A stretch of DNA of 64,000 nt from an uncultured Planctomycetota bacterium (GTDB taxonomy: Bacteria; Planctomycetota; Planctomycetia; Isosphaerales; Isosphaeraceae). Below, piece after piece: positions 41,943-53,393 of the stretch. Position 1 is the first letter of the stretch. Every line of letters starts with the position of its first letter. Under the pieces are notes generated by a model. The model did not search any database, had not been told where the DNA came from, and saw nothing but the letters and a program-made list of their open reading frames with translations. Made by a program: the position numbers and the translations under genes. Location: the NCBI GenBank assembly GCA_963823665.1, contig CAWGMQ010000011.1, positions 960,001-1,024,000 of the forward strand. Reading direction: 5' to 3'.

Positions 41943-42947
41943 ATGCTCTGGTTGTACTTCGGCTTGATGATGTACGCGAAGTCGGATCAAGGAGCCGCGG
42001 AGGCGACCGACTTGATGAAACCGCCCTCCTGGACGGGAAACTACTGGGGGCCGGCTGCGACGAAAGCGAGGGCGGCGGGACAACTTCCCTCACCGCCCAC
42101 AAACATCGCCATGACGCGCTGGAACACCTGGGGCCGCAACGTGCTTCGGGATGGCGACATCGTATTCCGCCTGGGCGACGCCAGGACCATGCGGGGCATC
42201 TTCCCCGTGAGCCGGTTCATCGCCAGGGCAAGCGGGAGCGCCTTCTCGCACACAGGGATCGTTGCCATCGAGGAGGGATCGCCGGTGGTCTACGATTGCT
42301 CGTCAGACGGAGTTCAGCGCCAGCCGTTCGAGGTCTGGATGCTGGACTGCATCGGATCAGTCGGGGTCAAGCGGCTCAAGCCCGAGCACCGGCACCTGAT
42401 CCCGGGCGTGATCGGCTACTGCCGCTCGAAGTTTGACCAGCAGATTCCGTTCGACTTCGAGTTTCGCCTCGACGATTCTGCGTTCTACTGCGTCGAGCTG
42501 ACGGAGAAGGCGTTTCGGTCTCAGGGACTCGCGCTCTCCGAGCCGGTCCGGATTGGTGATTGGGAGCGGCTGGACAGCTTTCCGCTCACCGCACTGGCGG
42601 GCCCGTACGTCAGCGAGTTCATGCTGAAGCATCGCATCACGCTGGAGCAACCAGTCTACTTGCCTGGGAATGAGCGCCAGGGGGTATGGGCGTCGACGTT
42701 GCTCGAGACCGTCATCGGCCCGGAACCGAAGCCGGCACAGGAAGCAGCTCTCTCAGGAGACGGGCGCGTGAGCCTGCGGGGTGATGTTGAGCTGGCTTTA
42801 TTCGCACTCGGGACGCTGCGCCGCTCGTTTACGGATCTGACGGCCGCAGACGACATTCGCAACGGGCGAGGGGTTGCCGGAAGTGAAGAGCGGCCGGAAT
42901 CTGCCCCGATTGCCGACGGTGATCGGTTAGCCCGGCACGCTCGGTGA
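41943..42947 (+). CDS. YiiX/YebB-like permuted papain (NlpC/P60) family protein
   Basis: LRDGDIVFR, FSHTGI, PFDFEF and FYCVELTEKAF motifs, with His before Cys. Confidence 0.8.
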   Translation: MLWLYFGLMMYAKSDQGAAEATDLMKPPSWTGNYWGPAATKARAAGQLPSPPTNIAMTRWNTWGRNVLRDGDIVFRLGDARTMRGIFPVSRFIARASGSAFSHTGIVAIEEGSPVVYDCSSDGVQRQPFEVWMLDCIGSVGVKRLKPEHRHLIPGVIGYCRSKFDQQIPFDFEFRLDDSAFYCVELTEKAFRSQGLALSEPVRIGDWERLDSFPLTALAGPYVSEFMLKHRITLEQPVYLPGNERQGVWASTLLETVIGPEPKPAQEAALSGDGRVSLRGDVELALFALGTLRRSFTDLTAADDIRNGRGVAGSEERPESAPIADGDRLARHAR

Positions 42948-43146
42948 AACCCCCGGCATACGAGTTGCTATCATCTCGTCACATGCTATGTTAAAACCAT
43001 TCAGACCGGCGTGATTTTCGCGAGCCCGAGCCGTTAGCTGAGTGCGGGTAGCGCAGGCTCGGTGATCGCCATTTATGGGATCTCGCTGTCCGCCACTGCG
43101 GCTTCTTCGTCCTGAATAACCCTTCGCATCGAGGTCACGTCGGTCC

Positions 43147-44709
43147 ATGGCTGACATCGTCATCATCAATCCACGGTTCGAGATGTCGTTCTGGGGCATG
43201 GAGCTCGTGCTCCCGTTCATGGTCAAGCGAGCCGCCACGCCGGTCGCCTCTCTGCCATTGCTCGCCGCGCTGACTCCACCTGAACACAACGTCACCCTGA
43301 TCGATGAAAACGTTGAGGCCATCAACTTCGAACGGTGCGCGAAAGCGGACATCGTCGGCGTGACCGGCATGGGTATCCAGCGGCATCGGATGAAGGAAAT
43401 CTTGACCGAGCTAAAGCGGCGAGGGGTCTTCACCGTGGTCGGCGGCCCCATGGTCACCGTGTGGGAAGACTACTTCGGTGATCTGGCCAATGTCCGCTTC
43501 ATCGGCGAGGCTGAGGAAACCTGGCCGCAGTTTCTCAAGGAGTGGCGAGCGGGGTTGCACCAGATGCGTTACGAGCAGGCTGAGAAATCCGACATGTCTA
43601 AGGTTCCGACGCCGCGGTTCGACAAGCTGAAAATGCAGCATTACCTTTTCGGCAGCCTGCAGTTCTCGCGCGGATGTCCCTTCCAGTGCGAGTTTTGCGA
43701 CATCATCGTCACGTTCGGTCGACGCCCCCGGATCAAGACTTCGCAGCAGATCACGGCCGAGCTCGATGCCATTCGAGCGCAGGGGCTGCGCATCGTCTTC
43801 GTGGTGGATGATAATCTGATCGGCAACAAGAAGGCGATCAAGGAAGTCTTGCGCGACGTGGCGACATGGCAGGAACAACATGCCTATCCCCTCACATTCT
43901 TTACGGAAGCGTCGATCGACCTCGCCGACGATCCGGAGCTCATGAGGTTGATGGTCGAGGCCAATGTCATCACCGTTTTCGTGGGAATCGAGAGCCCGAA
44001 CGACGCGTCGCTGCGCGAGACCAAGAAATATCAGAATGTCCGCGCGGGGGGGACGATGCTCGAAAAGGTGCACCGCATTCAAACCGCGGGCATGGAGGTG
44101 TGGTGCGGAATGATCGTCGGATTCGATAACGACGACTCGACCGTATTCGACGCGCAGACACAATTCCTCGACCAGTCACGAATCGCCAACGTGCTCGTGA
44201 GTCTACTGACGGCCATTCCCAAGACGCCGCTGTATGACCGGCTGGAACAGGAAGGGCGGCTCGATCTTTCGGACGACCTCGAATTTGGCACCAATGTCAT
44301 CGCTCTTCAGCTCGGCCGCGAAGAGCTGCGAGACGGCTACGTGCGAGTCATGAACGAACTTTACGAGCCCGAGGCTTATTTCGGTCGGCTGGAGCAGCTC
44401 TACCTGCAAGAGAAGATCCAGTTCTGCCAGGGCCGCACGCGCTACTTGAAGCGACATCCGATCAAACGGCTGAAGGCCAACGCGTTCTTTCTGGCCCAGG
44501 CGACCGGCCTGTTTCTCCAGTTGATGCGGAGTATTCCCGAGGCCTCGCTTCGCCGAGAATACAGGCGTCGAATCGGCCGCTTTCTGAAGATCCGTCGCGA
44601 CCCGGCCACCCTGCTTTCCTTCGTGTTCAGTTGCGCCATGCATTACCACGCCCACTCGATGGCCAAGCGGATGGTCAGCGGGCGCACTCCCGTGCTGAGT
44701 GGATATTGA
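43147..44709 (+). CDS. B12-binding radical SAM protein (DUF4070-type)
   Basis: N-terminal B12-binding region (GVTGM..Q, VGGP); RGCPFQCEFCDI, VDDNLIGN and GIESPN motifs. Confidence 0.88.
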   Translation: MADIVIINPRFEMSFWGMELVLPFMVKRAATPVASLPLLAALTPPEHNVTLIDENVEAINFERCAKADIVGVTGMGIQRHRMKEILTELKRRGVFTVVGGPMVTVWEDYFGDLANVRFIGEAEETWPQFLKEWRAGLHQMRYEQAEKSDMSKVPTPRFDKLKMQHYLFGSLQFSRGCPFQCEFCDIIVTFGRRPRIKTSQQITAELDAIRAQGLRIVFVVDDNLIGNKKAIKEVLRDVATWQEQHAYPLTFFTEASIDLADDPELMRLMVEANVITVFVGIESPNDASLRETKKYQNVRAGGTMLEKVHRIQTAGMEVWCGMIVGFDNDDSTVFDAQTQFLDQSRIANVLVSLLTAIPKTPLYDRLEQEGRLDLSDDLEFGTNVIALQLGREELRDGYVRVMNELYEPEAYFGRLEQLYLQEKIQFCQGRTRYLKRHPIKRLKANAFFLAQATGLFLQLMRSIPEASLRREYRRRIGRFLKIRRDPATLLSFVFSCAMHYHAHSMAKRMVSGRTPVLSGY

Positions 44710-45046
44710 AGCGTGCTCACTTCGTTAGTTTCCGGAGAATTCTGCCTTGTATTCGGTCCATCGCCTCCAGCCAAGGAAAAAAATCGGCCCAGCCAGAACC
44801 ATCGATCACGCGCTGCTCATGGCGGAGGCCGACGGCCACGGTCGTTACGAGGTGTCCATCATCGGCGATGTGTCAAAACACGTTTGCTTCTTGACGAAGC
44901 ACGAAAACGGGACGTTTACCGTCGACCCGAGGCAAGCGGGTAGCTTCACGGTCGTGTTGAGCGACACGCTCACGCGGGCTTGAGTTCTGCACCGACATCC
45001 GGCCAACCTCGCGTAGTCCAGGTCAGTAGAGGACGGGCGTGCTGAG

Positions 45047-45295
45047 CAGGGTGCTGGTATCCTGAACTCCGGCGGAAAGGTAACGCTCTCTTCGGTGCAA
45101 ATCAGGAACAACCTCGCGATCGGCGGAACGGGCGCGAATGGAGCGGGCGGATCGGGTGGAGGGGCCGTCGGTGGCAACGGCACTGGCGGAGCAGTCGGAG
45201 GCGTAGCCGAAGGTGGAGGCATCCTGAATGCCGCGGGGTCGCTGAGCCTGTTGAATTGCACCATCAGCTCCAACATGGCTTTTGGGGGCAACGTT
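45047..45295 (+). pseudogene. fragment of a Gly-rich beta-helix extracellular protein
   Basis: GAGILNSGG..NNLAIGG..EGGGILN..TISSNMAFGG, with no proper start or end. Confidence 0.55.
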
Positions 45296-45634
45296 CGAAG
45301 CAACTCTCGGGATCATCGACACTTACGAATGACGAGGGTTCTTTTGCCTCACAGCGCCCCCCGCGTTCCGATGCTCCCGCCCCGGAACGTCACCCGTGCC
45401 GCTCAGCGGCGCGGTCGGCGATGACATGCCACACACGGTCAGCAACTAGGTGCGCTCGGCTACGTCGCCGGCGTTTTGCACGCGTCGGTTGCTGCGAACC
45501 GCTCGATATCGACCGCCGTGCTTCGTCGCTTGCCGCGCCGGCGAACGAAACGCCGCCGGCCGGCCTCGAATCCAATCGAATTCCGCGTCTGCCGCTGCGA
45601 CCAGCGCTCGCGAGCGGGCGAGCGAGCGGCTTAC

Positions 45635-45900
45635 CTACAGAAACGCGACTTCTGCGGCCGCCTTGCCCTGAAACCAGCGCCGTGAGCAACGCGGTGCAGT
45701 GCGCACAAGCGAACTCGCTCGACCCGCCGCTTGTTTGAACATGCGACCGAAGTCGCGCACCGTGTCCACCCAATTCGTTCGGTCCAGTCCCAGTCGGTCC
45801 AGGATGGGAGCCAGGTCTTCAGGGATTGCCCCACGCTTGTCTCGCCGCAATTCCCGGCCCGTCTAATCGACACTGCTCGCCAAGAGTGCAGCGTCATCAA
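45635..45900 (-). mobile_element. C-terminal remnant of a Y1/REP-associated tyrosine transposase-like gene
   Basis: VD*TGRELRRDKRGAIPEDLAPILDRLGL...W...VRDFGRMF..AAG, with stops upstream. Confidence 0.65.
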
Positions 45901-45932
45901 GGACTTAGAAGACCCCCCTCAAACCCGCTCCC

Positions 45933-46021
45933 TTTTCGTGTCTTTTCGTGTTTTTCGTGGTTAAACACTCTGCCCTGCCTCGAGCCCCTTTGTCATCGGC
46001 GTCGATCGGCGTCATCTGCGG
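45933..46021 (+). repeat. short REP-like tandem motifs
   Basis: TTTTCGTG x3 followed by GTT, then ATCGGCGTCGATCGGCGTCATCTGCGG. Confidence 0.6.
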
Positions 46022-46217
46022 ACAAGTCTTATCCGTTCGACCCTGTGCATGCGGCGAGAGAAGTCCAAGGCGAAGCCGCCAAGACCACAGTTGCTCGTGG
46101 CACAAAGACTGCTAGCCGATTCGTAAGTCAGATTCTTCAATCGAGACCGTTCGATAACGGCCATGGAGGAAACACGGCCCCACGCCTGTTCGATCGCCGT
46201 GTCGTCGGCTGTTTCAC

Positions 46218-47114
46218 TTACTCGCACACACCAACTGGCGCCACCGCACGCATATAACCGGATCCGCAGCCGATCGCATGGTCGCTTCCAATCTGCGCGA
46301 AATGTCCGTGGAGTAACTCCAGCACGAGGCTCGCGTCTCGCGTGGCTCTCAATCCCGGACTATCATCCTCGATCTGACCGAGTTGGTTGATGTACCGAAG
46401 AATTCCAACTGGCTGGTAATCAAATCGCGCGATGCCATCGAAATTCGCGCTCACGAACGGGATGGCTTTGAGAATGTCGACGAAGCCTCCGTCCGAAAGG
46501 GGCACGTGGGGCACGATGTCGTTGTTGTACTCGTAGCGAACATGGTCGATCCCAGCCTGGATATACGCGGCACGGAAGTCCGCATCTGCCGGTTTCGCGG
46601 CGGCGAACGTGACGACCTTCACTGGAATCTGATCGATCTGTTGAAACTTCCACGCGGCCAGCCCGGCAATCGCTCCGCCTTTGCTGTGGCCCGTGACCAA
46701 CAGCGGCTTCTGGGCGAGTGACCCCGTGCGCTGTTGTTGCAACTGGGTCTCGATGCCAGGATGAAGGAGATTCAAAGCGTCAAGAAAGCCTTGGTGAACA
46801 GCGCCCGGGAAGTTGGCCACCGTGACCGGATCGGCCTCGAAGTCGTTGATCCAATCGAGCAGCGACGTGATCTGGTGGATGTTAAACGGCAGTGTGCCGC
46901 GAAACGCCACAACGATGCCGTCCTCGATCTCACCCACCAAACATGCGTCGATTTCGAGTGGACCTTGCCTGACGACCGAGGGAGGCCGGACGAATCCAGC
47001 ACCACCGAGGTAGACGTTGGTGGGATCAGGGGCAATCGTGGGCGAGTCTCCGATGATGGAATACGCCGCGCTACTGGCGCATAGCAAACGACCTTCAAGC
47101 GTGGGTGCTGCCAT
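46218..47114 (-). CDS. class 3 lipase family protein
   Basis: VVAFRGT, DW..D, VHQGF, TGHSKGGA, DIVPHVP and terminal DH motifs. Confidence 0.88.
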   Translation of the reverse strand: MAAPTLEGRLLCASSAAYSIIGDSPTIAPDPTNVYLGGAGFVRPPSVVRQGPLEIDACLVGEIEDGIVVAFRGTLPFNIHQITSLLDWINDFEADPVTVANFPGAVHQGFLDALNLLHPGIETQLQQQRTGSLAQKPLLVTGHSKGGAIAGLAAWKFQQIDQIPVKVVTFAAAKPADADFRAAYIQAGIDHVRYEYNNDIVPHVPLSDGGFVDILKAIPFVSANFDGIARFDYQPVGILRYINQLGQIEDDSPGLRATRDASLVLELLHGHFAQIGSDHAIGCGSGYMRAVAPVGVCE

Positions 47115-47372
47115 CGACTGCTCCCGTCTTGGGATATCAACCGTGAAAAAATGAGCGAGTCTGTCCGCGATTATAAGCGGCATGAACACGCGACTCCACT
47201 CGCCACAGGAGAATATGGCTGATCGATCGCACCGGCATGGTGACCTTGTTTGCCGTCCTGTCCATCAGAAGCCGGCTGGCCACGGGTGGTTAAGAGCCCC
47301 CTCCCCCGAGTACAATCAACACCAACTTGGCTGGTTCGTCCGTCCAGAGCGACTAACGCTCGGCAGATTACG

Positions 47373-48570
47373 ATGAAACGAGTCACATGTGCGTCCTTGA
47401 TCCTGGCCGGCGTGCTTGGGGCAAGCTCGTTTGGAACCCGCGCGATCGCGGCGGACGGAAAGCTCAAGCCGGGTGATCCCGCGCCGCCTCTCGCAGTCTC
47501 GACCTGGTTGCGTGGTGCGGAGGTCAGTCGATTCGAGCCGGGGAAGGTCTATGTCGTCGAGTTCTGGGCGACGTGGTGCGGGCCTTGCCGGCAGATCATG
47601 CCCCACATGGGCGATCTTCAGGACGAATATCGCGACAAGGGAATCACCTTCATCGGATTTACCTCCGAGGCCAACGACAAGGAGGAGAAGGTGAACGCGT
47701 TCATCGCAAAGCAGGGCGCCAAGCTGGGCAACACGTTTGCCTGGGGTAGCGGATCCGAAACGCACAACGCGTACATGAAAGCCTCGGGGCAGAACGGCAT
47801 CCCGTGTTCATTCGTCGTCAACAAGGAAGGGAAGATCGCCTACATCGGGCACCCCCTGTTCCTTGACTACGTGCTGCCGAAGGTTTTGGACGGCGAGTGG
47901 GACCCGAAAGCCGGTGCCGAAACGCTTGCCGCAGCCGACAAGGAGTTCGACGCGACGTACGGGGCCACATGATGTTGACGACCAGCAGTGCTCAAGCGGG
48001 GCTCGAGGCCCTGGCCAAGTTTGCCGCCAAGTGGCCCACGCTGGCGAATAACGTCTACATGATTCAGAAGAAGCTGGGACTGCTAGTGCACGCGAAAGAG
48101 TTCTCGGACGCGAAAAGCGCGCTGAAAAGTTGATCGCCAAGTCCGTCAACCGCGGTGACACATCCGGCCTGCGGAGCGTGTCGACCGCGCTGCGCGACGA
48201 ATCCGCCAAGGGGAACGCCGAACTGACCGCACTCTCAGTCAGGGCCGCCGAAGCGGCCCACGAGCTAGATCAAGATGATGTGCCCACCTTAATCAGTCTC
48301 CTGGAGGCGTACGCGTTCGCCGGCGACCAAGCCAAAGTGAAGGAATTCGGGCCCAAGGCCGTGGCCGCCGCCAAAGCCGCCGTCGCTAGCGAGAAGGACG
48401 CGATCGGCACGCTGAGCGTCGCGGCCGCATACCTTGCCTCAGGCGACAAGGAGCAGGCCAAGGCAACGGCCGAGAAGGCAATCAAAATGGTCGACCGATC
48501 AAACGCCGGCATGCTGCGATACATCGAACAGCAAGCCAAGAAATTTGGCGTCGGGGCGGGCAAGAAGTAA
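47373..48570 (+). CDS. TlpA-like redoxin with helical C-terminal extension (frameshifts near 47970 and 48125)
   Basis: Signal peptide, GDPAPPL, VEFWATWCGPC and GIP motifs. Confidence 0.85.
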
Positions 48571-48751
48571 GCGACACGCGATCCGTGCCGCCAACCCCCA
48601 ACGAGCTTATCAACGGAGTGAATGAGGCCAGAATCTGGATGAGACGACCGTGAGCGCCAGATAAGATCGATCTTATCTCCGCCTCATGGTCGCCTCATCT
48701 CGTCGTGCGATAAGCTGAAGCGGCACCCGGGCCGTCGAGCGGCGTCCACGC

Positions 48752-50275
48752 TCACTCCGTCGGAGCGACCGCTGGCCACAAACCGGCGAGCTTCATCAGG
48801 CCGGCATAGCAAACGGCCGAGATCCCAAAGCTCATGAACCAGGCGTAGTGATAGAGCGAGATCCAGATCGGAGTTACATTTGCGGCGCCGATCGTGCCGA
48901 GAAAACCAGGAACGCAGGGTGCGATACCCGCCGCCAGCGCGATCATCGCCAGCGGATTGAAGCCCTTCGAGTACCAGTATTCTCCGCCACTTTGGTACAG
49001 GGCCTTCAGGTCCAGGCGAGTTCGGCGCAGGAGATAGTAATCGGTGATCAAGATCCCGCCGATGGCACCCAGTAGCCCCGAGTACGCGACAAGCCAGCGG
49101 AAGATGTAGCCCGTGGGGTCCGCATACAGTTTCCACGGCTGCATCAGGATGCCCGCGACACCCGTGATGAGCCCACCCGTCTTGAACGAGATACGGCGCG
49201 GCCAGAGATGGGCGAAGTCGTTGGCCGGGCTGACCACGTTGGCCGCGATATTCGTGGCCAGCGTCGCCAGGCAGAGCGAGACCATGCCGATCGTGAGCAC
49301 GAGCGGATTGCGAAAGAGCGAGAGCACCTCCACCGGGTCCCAGATGAACCTGCCGTAGATGACCATGGTGGCGGAAGTCACAGCCACACCGATGAACGAA
49401 TAAAGAGCCATCGTGAGTGGAAGCCCGAGCGCCTGGCCGAGGACCTGCGCTCGTTGCGAAGTGGCATACCGGGTGAAATCGGGAATATTTAGCGAGAGCG
49501 TGGCCCAGAAACCGACGATGCCGGTAAGCGCGGGAAAGAAAAAGACCCAGAACTCACCGGCTTTCTTGCCCTCAGGCGCAAACTGTGAGGGCTGCGATAG
49601 CATCGGTCCGAAGCCATTGGCCTGGTGATAGGCCCAGCCGAGGAGCGCCAGTCCCAGAACAATCAGGAGCGGCGCCTTGATGTTGAGCAAGAACCGGATC
49701 GAGTCAATGCCGAGATAGATCACCAGCATGTTGATCGCCCAGAACGCCAGGAAGCACGCGAGCTGGGGCGTATTGATGTTCAGCCAAGGGATCGGTGCGA
49801 TCCGGTCCCACGACGGAATGGCGATGGCCAGGATCTTGTAAATCGCCCAGCCGCCGATCCACGACTGGATTCCGAACCATCCGCAGGCGACGAGCGCACG
49901 CAGAAGCGCGGGGACATTGGCGCCCAGGATTCCAAATGAGGCCCGGCAGTAGACCGGGAAGGGAATGCCGTATTTCGTGCCGGCATGGGCGTTCAAGACC
50001 ATCGGCAAGAGCACGATCAAGTTTCCGAGGAAGATCGTCGCGAGCGCTTGCCACCAGTTCATCCCTTCGTCAATCAGGGACGAAGCCAGCGTATAAGTCG
50101 GCACGCAGGCCGACATGGAGATCCACAAGGCCGCGATGTCCTTGGTGCCCCAGTGGCGGTCCTTGAGAGTGGTCGGTGCCAGGTCGGAGTTGCTGTGCGC
50201 GGAATCGCCGGCGGCGAAAGGCTCGAACGAATCGAGTGGGTCGGGAATCGCCGCTTGCGGATCGATTGCGCTCAT
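48752..50275 (-). CDS. NCS1 nucleobase:cation symporter
   Basis: [37 protein letters not shown] and [13 protein letters not shown] motifs. Confidence 0.93.
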   Translation of the reverse strand: MSAIDPQAAIPDPLDSFEPFAAGDSAHSNSDLAPTTLKDRHWGTKDIAALWISMSACVPTYTLASSLIDEGMNWWQALATIFLGNLIVLLPMVLNAHAGTKYGIPFPVYCRASFGILGANVPALLRALVACGWFGIQSWIGGWAIYKILAIAIPSWDRIAPIPWLNINTPQLACFLAFWAINMLVIYLGIDSIRFLLNIKAPLLIVLGLALLGWAYHQANGFGPMLSQPSQFAPEGKKAGEFWVFFFPALTGIVGFWATLSLNIPDFTRYATSQRAQVLGQALGLPLTMALYSFIGVAVTSATMVIYGRFIWDPVEVLSLFRNPLVLTIGMVSLCLATLATNIAANVVSPANDFAHLWPRRISFKTGGLITGVAGILMQPWKLYADPTGYIFRWLVAYSGLLGAIGGILITDYYLLRRTRLDLKALYQSGGEYWYSKGFNPLAMIALAAGIAPCVPGFLGTIGAANVTPIWISLYHYAWFMSFGISAVCYAGLMKLAGLWPAVAPTE

Positions 50276-50760
50276 GAGCTCACCGCTTTCTTCACGAGAG
50301 CGCTGATCCTTGCCTCTTCGGCGGCAGTCATAGCCTTGAGCGCGAAGGCAACCGGCCACATGGCGCCTTCGTCGAGATTCGCATCGTGCTGGAAGCCGAG
50401 CGTGGCGTACCGCGTCTTGAATTTGGCGGCGCTCTGGAAGAAGCAGACGACCTTGCCGTCCTTGGCATACGCGGGCATCCCGTACCACAGTTTCGGCGAG
50501 AGGCCTGGCGCATTGGCTTTGATGATCGCGTGGAGGCGCTCGCCCAAGGCGCGATCCGTAGCCGGCATCGCGGCGAGCGTCGCGAGCACAGCGCTTTCCC
50601 CTTCCGCCTTGTCCCCTCGCGGGCCGCGCCGCCCCTCCGCCTTCAGCTCCTGGAGCCGCTCCTTCATCGCGAGTCGCTCATCGTCCGTGAATCCCTTGGA
50701 CGTCTTGCCGATCGCGCCCGTGCTCTTCGCGGACTTCCGCGTGCCCTTCTTTGCAGTCAT
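50272..50760 (-). CDS. DUF1801/YdhG-like protein
   Basis: [34 protein letters not shown]. Confidence 0.8.
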   Translation of the reverse strand: MTAKKGTRKSAKSTGAIGKTSKGFTDDERLAMKERLQELKAEGRRGPRGDKAEGESAVLATLAAMPATDRALGERLHAIIKANAPGLSPKLWYGMPAYAKDGKVVCFFQSAAKFKTRYATLGFQHDANLDEGAMWPVAFALKAMTAAEEARISALVKKAVSS

Positions 50761-50784
50761 TTTTCGTTCCCATTCGTTAGATGC

Positions 50785-52560
50785 TTATAAAGCGATGAAT
50801 TCTTGCCTGGTCACGTCGAAGACGCCTCTGGTCGTGATCCGCAGCTCGGGGATGACCGGAAGTGCCAGGAAAGAGAGCGTTCCGAACGGGGCTTCGAGCG
50901 GGCACCCGAGCGCCGCCGCGGCGTGATTGACCAGGTCGAGCTGGCGGCAGACGGTCTCGGCGCTTTCTAGCGAGAGCAGCCCGGCGACCGGCAGCGGCAG
51001 CATGGCCTGCACGGCGCCTTCCGCCGCAACCACGAATCCCCCGCCGTGCTCGGCCAGCGAGTGGGCGCACACGAGCATGTCGGCTGCGTTCGTACCGGCG
51101 ATGATCAGATTGTGCGAATCATGGGCGACCGATGATCCTAGCGCACCGTCGCGCGTCAGGCCGAAGCCGCTGACGAGTCCCAGGCCGATCCGGCCCGATC
51201 CCTTGTGCCGCTCTATGCTTGCGATCAACAAGACGTCACGCTCGGGGTCGAATGCCCACTGCGTGCCCAGACGGCGAACGCTGCGCACGGTACGCCGCGT
51301 GACGATCTGGCCCGGGACGATCTCGATCACCGGACAGTTCTCCGCTTCGAGCTTCAGGCGGAACGTCGACTCGGAGAGCGGTGGCAGACGGACGGTATTC
51401 GTGTGATCAAACGAGCGCACTGCCCCCTGCGCCAAGCATCGGCCGTCGCGCGCAGCCAAGTGCCCGTCCTTGATCACGCTGTGCACGCGGAAGCTGTGCA
51501 GATCCTCGACCAGAACGATGTCGGCGCGGTAACCCGGGGCGAGCGCTCCGCGGTCGTCGAGGCCATAATGCCGGGCGGGGATATAAGAAGCGTGGCGGAC
51601 CGCGACGGCCGGCGGCACTCCCCCCGCGACCACGCGGCGGAGCAGGCCGTCGAGATGACCGTTTCGTCTCAAATCGCTGGGAAAGACATCATCGGTGACC
51701 AGGCACCACGACTCATCCAGCTCGCCGCTGGCCAGGAGCGGCAACAGCGTATCGAGATTTCGGGCACTCGAGCCGTCGCGCACCTGGACGAGCATGCCCA
51801 GTGCGGCGCGCGCACGCGCCTCCTCGACCGTCGTGGACTCGTGATCCGAGCGAATTCCCGCCGCGGCGTATGCGATCAGATCTCGCGCGCACAGACCCGC
51901 GGCATGGCCGTCGACCGGGGCCCCGGCCGAAATGGCGACCCGCACTTTTTCGAGGATCTCCGGCGCCGATGCCAGCACCGCCGGAATATCCATCACTTCG
52001 GCCAGCCCGAGAACTCGCGGGCTCGACAGGAGCACGCGTACGTCGTCGGCCCCGAGTGCGGCGCCGTTGTCTTCCCAGGCGGTCGCCGGCACGCAGGACG
52101 ACGCCATCAGAAAGAGGTCCAGCGGCAGCCCTTCGCTGGCCTGGGCGAGCATTTCGATGCCGCGCGCTCCGAGCACGTTGGCCACTTCGTGAGAATCAGA
52201 GATCATCGCGGTCGTGCCCATTGGAACGATCAACCGCGCGAGCTCGGAGGGGACGAGCAGCGTGCTTTCGAGATGCATGTGCGCGTCGATCAACCCGGGG
52301 ATCAGCACCAAACCCGACGCGTCGATCACCTCCTTGGCTTGCCAGGAATAGCAACCAACCCCCGCGATGCGGCCGTCGGCAATCACGACGTCCGCCGGCT
52401 CGACCCGGCGGTTGAAAACGTTCACCACCTGGCCACCGGTGATCAGCAGATCGGCCGGCTCGTGCCCCAGCGCGACGCGAATCCGACGGCCCAGTCGCTC
52501 GGCGTCAACCTCCGAGGGGGGCCATCCGGAAGCCGCCGCACTCGGGCTGTGAGCACCCAT
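50785..52560 (-). CDS. ade: adenine deaminase
   Basis: IDAHMHLES, DGHA, SDHE, TDD, SSVAHDSHN and LPVIPELRIT motifs. Confidence 0.92.
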   Translation of the reverse strand: MGAHSPSAAASGWPPSEVDAERLGRRIRVALGHEPADLLITGGQVVNVFNRRVEPADVVIADGRIAGVGCYSWQAKEVIDASGLVLIPGLIDAHMHLESTLLVPSELARLIVPMGTTAMISDSHEVANVLGARGIEMLAQASEGLPLDLFLMASSCVPATAWEDNGAALGADDVRVLLSSPRVLGLAEVMDIPAVLASAPEILEKVRVAISAGAPVDGHAAGLCARDLIAYAAAGIRSDHESTTVEEARARAALGMLVQVRDGSSARNLDTLLPLLASGELDESWCLVTDDVFPSDLRRNGHLDGLLRRVVAGGVPPAVAVRHASYIPARHYGLDDRGALAPGYRADIVLVEDLHSFRVHSVIKDGHLAARDGRCLAQGAVRSFDHTNTVRLPPLSESTFRLKLEAENCPVIEIVPGQIVTRRTVRSVRRLGTQWAFDPERDVLLIASIERHKGSGRIGLGLVSGFGLTRDGALGSSVAHDSHNLIIAGTNAADMLVCAHSLAEHGGGFVVAAEGAVQAMLPLPVAGLLSLESAETVCRQLDLVNHAAAALGCPLEAPFGTLSFLALPVIPELRITTRGVFDVTRQEFIAL

Positions 52561-52603
52561 GAAAGTGAGGGCCTTCGTTCGCGAATCGAGGATTGACCGC
52601 AGA

Positions 52604-53050
52604 CTAGCGGAACATGAAGGGAATCTCGACGGACTCGCCCGCCAACACGACCGCGAGCCGTCCGCGCAGCTCATCAGGGTACTGACCAGGTTCCGAGGCG
52701 AACTGGCCGGCGGGTTTCGTCTCGGCGGCCAGCTTCACGTGCTTGACGTCCTTACCACCCTCAGCCCCAAGATGAACCGTCACATCGGAGGGCGGCGGGC
52801 TGAGCGCGCTCATACCATCGGCCTGGTAGAAGTAGGCCACCAGGCGGGAGGGGGTCGCGCTGGCCCCCCTGCCCGCAGGACCGCGCTCAATCAAAAGCTC
52901 GGCAAAGCCTTTCCCGCCGGGAATTTGCAGCATGTTGCCGCCGTGGGATGCAGCGGGCATTGACCCCGATGCCGCCGAAGGACCAGTGGCCGAACAGCCA
53001 CAGACCCCGACGCCCGAACACAAGAGTAGTCCAACAAAGACGCAACGCAT
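52604..53050 (-). CDS. putative lipoprotein
   Basis: Hydrophobic N-terminus with lipobox-like VCGC; HGG motif; follows the DUF1559 gene. Confidence 0.6.
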   Translation of the reverse strand: MRCVFVGLLLCSGVGVCGCSATGPSAASGSMPAASHGGNMLQIPGGKGFAELLIERGPAGRGASATPSRLVAYFYQADGMSALSPPPSDVTVHLGAEGGKDVKHVKLAAETKPAGQFASEPGQYPDELRGRLAVVLAGESVEIPFMFR

Positions 53051-53302
53051 GGAACCTCACTTGGAGAGGATGCAGGTGTCTCTGGTTGTAGATTAAGTAC
53101 GAACTCGGCGAATCAGCTAAGTACAATAGCGATTCGCGCGGAAGGAGAACATGGGAGCGAGTCAAGACGCTTGCGCACAGAGAGCGCAGCACGATCGAGG
53201 GCAAACTGGAAGGGCGGTTGAGCGCGAGACGCCTGAACTGAATCGACGAAAAGCGATTAAACTCGCAATGCGGCGAGGCTTGGCGTTTGCAGCACGCGAA
53301 CA

Positions 53303-53338
53303 ACGGAGGCCGGGAACGAATGACTCCCCGGCCTCCGT
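53303..53338 (-). terminator. 12-bp hairpin downstream of the DUF1559 gene
   Basis: ACGGAGGCCGGG / CCCGGCCTCCGT. Confidence 0.5.
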
Positions 53339-53393
53339 CCGGATCGTTGGCCTAACCCGGGCGAAGGAAACCCGGATTGCGAGATCACCTGAA

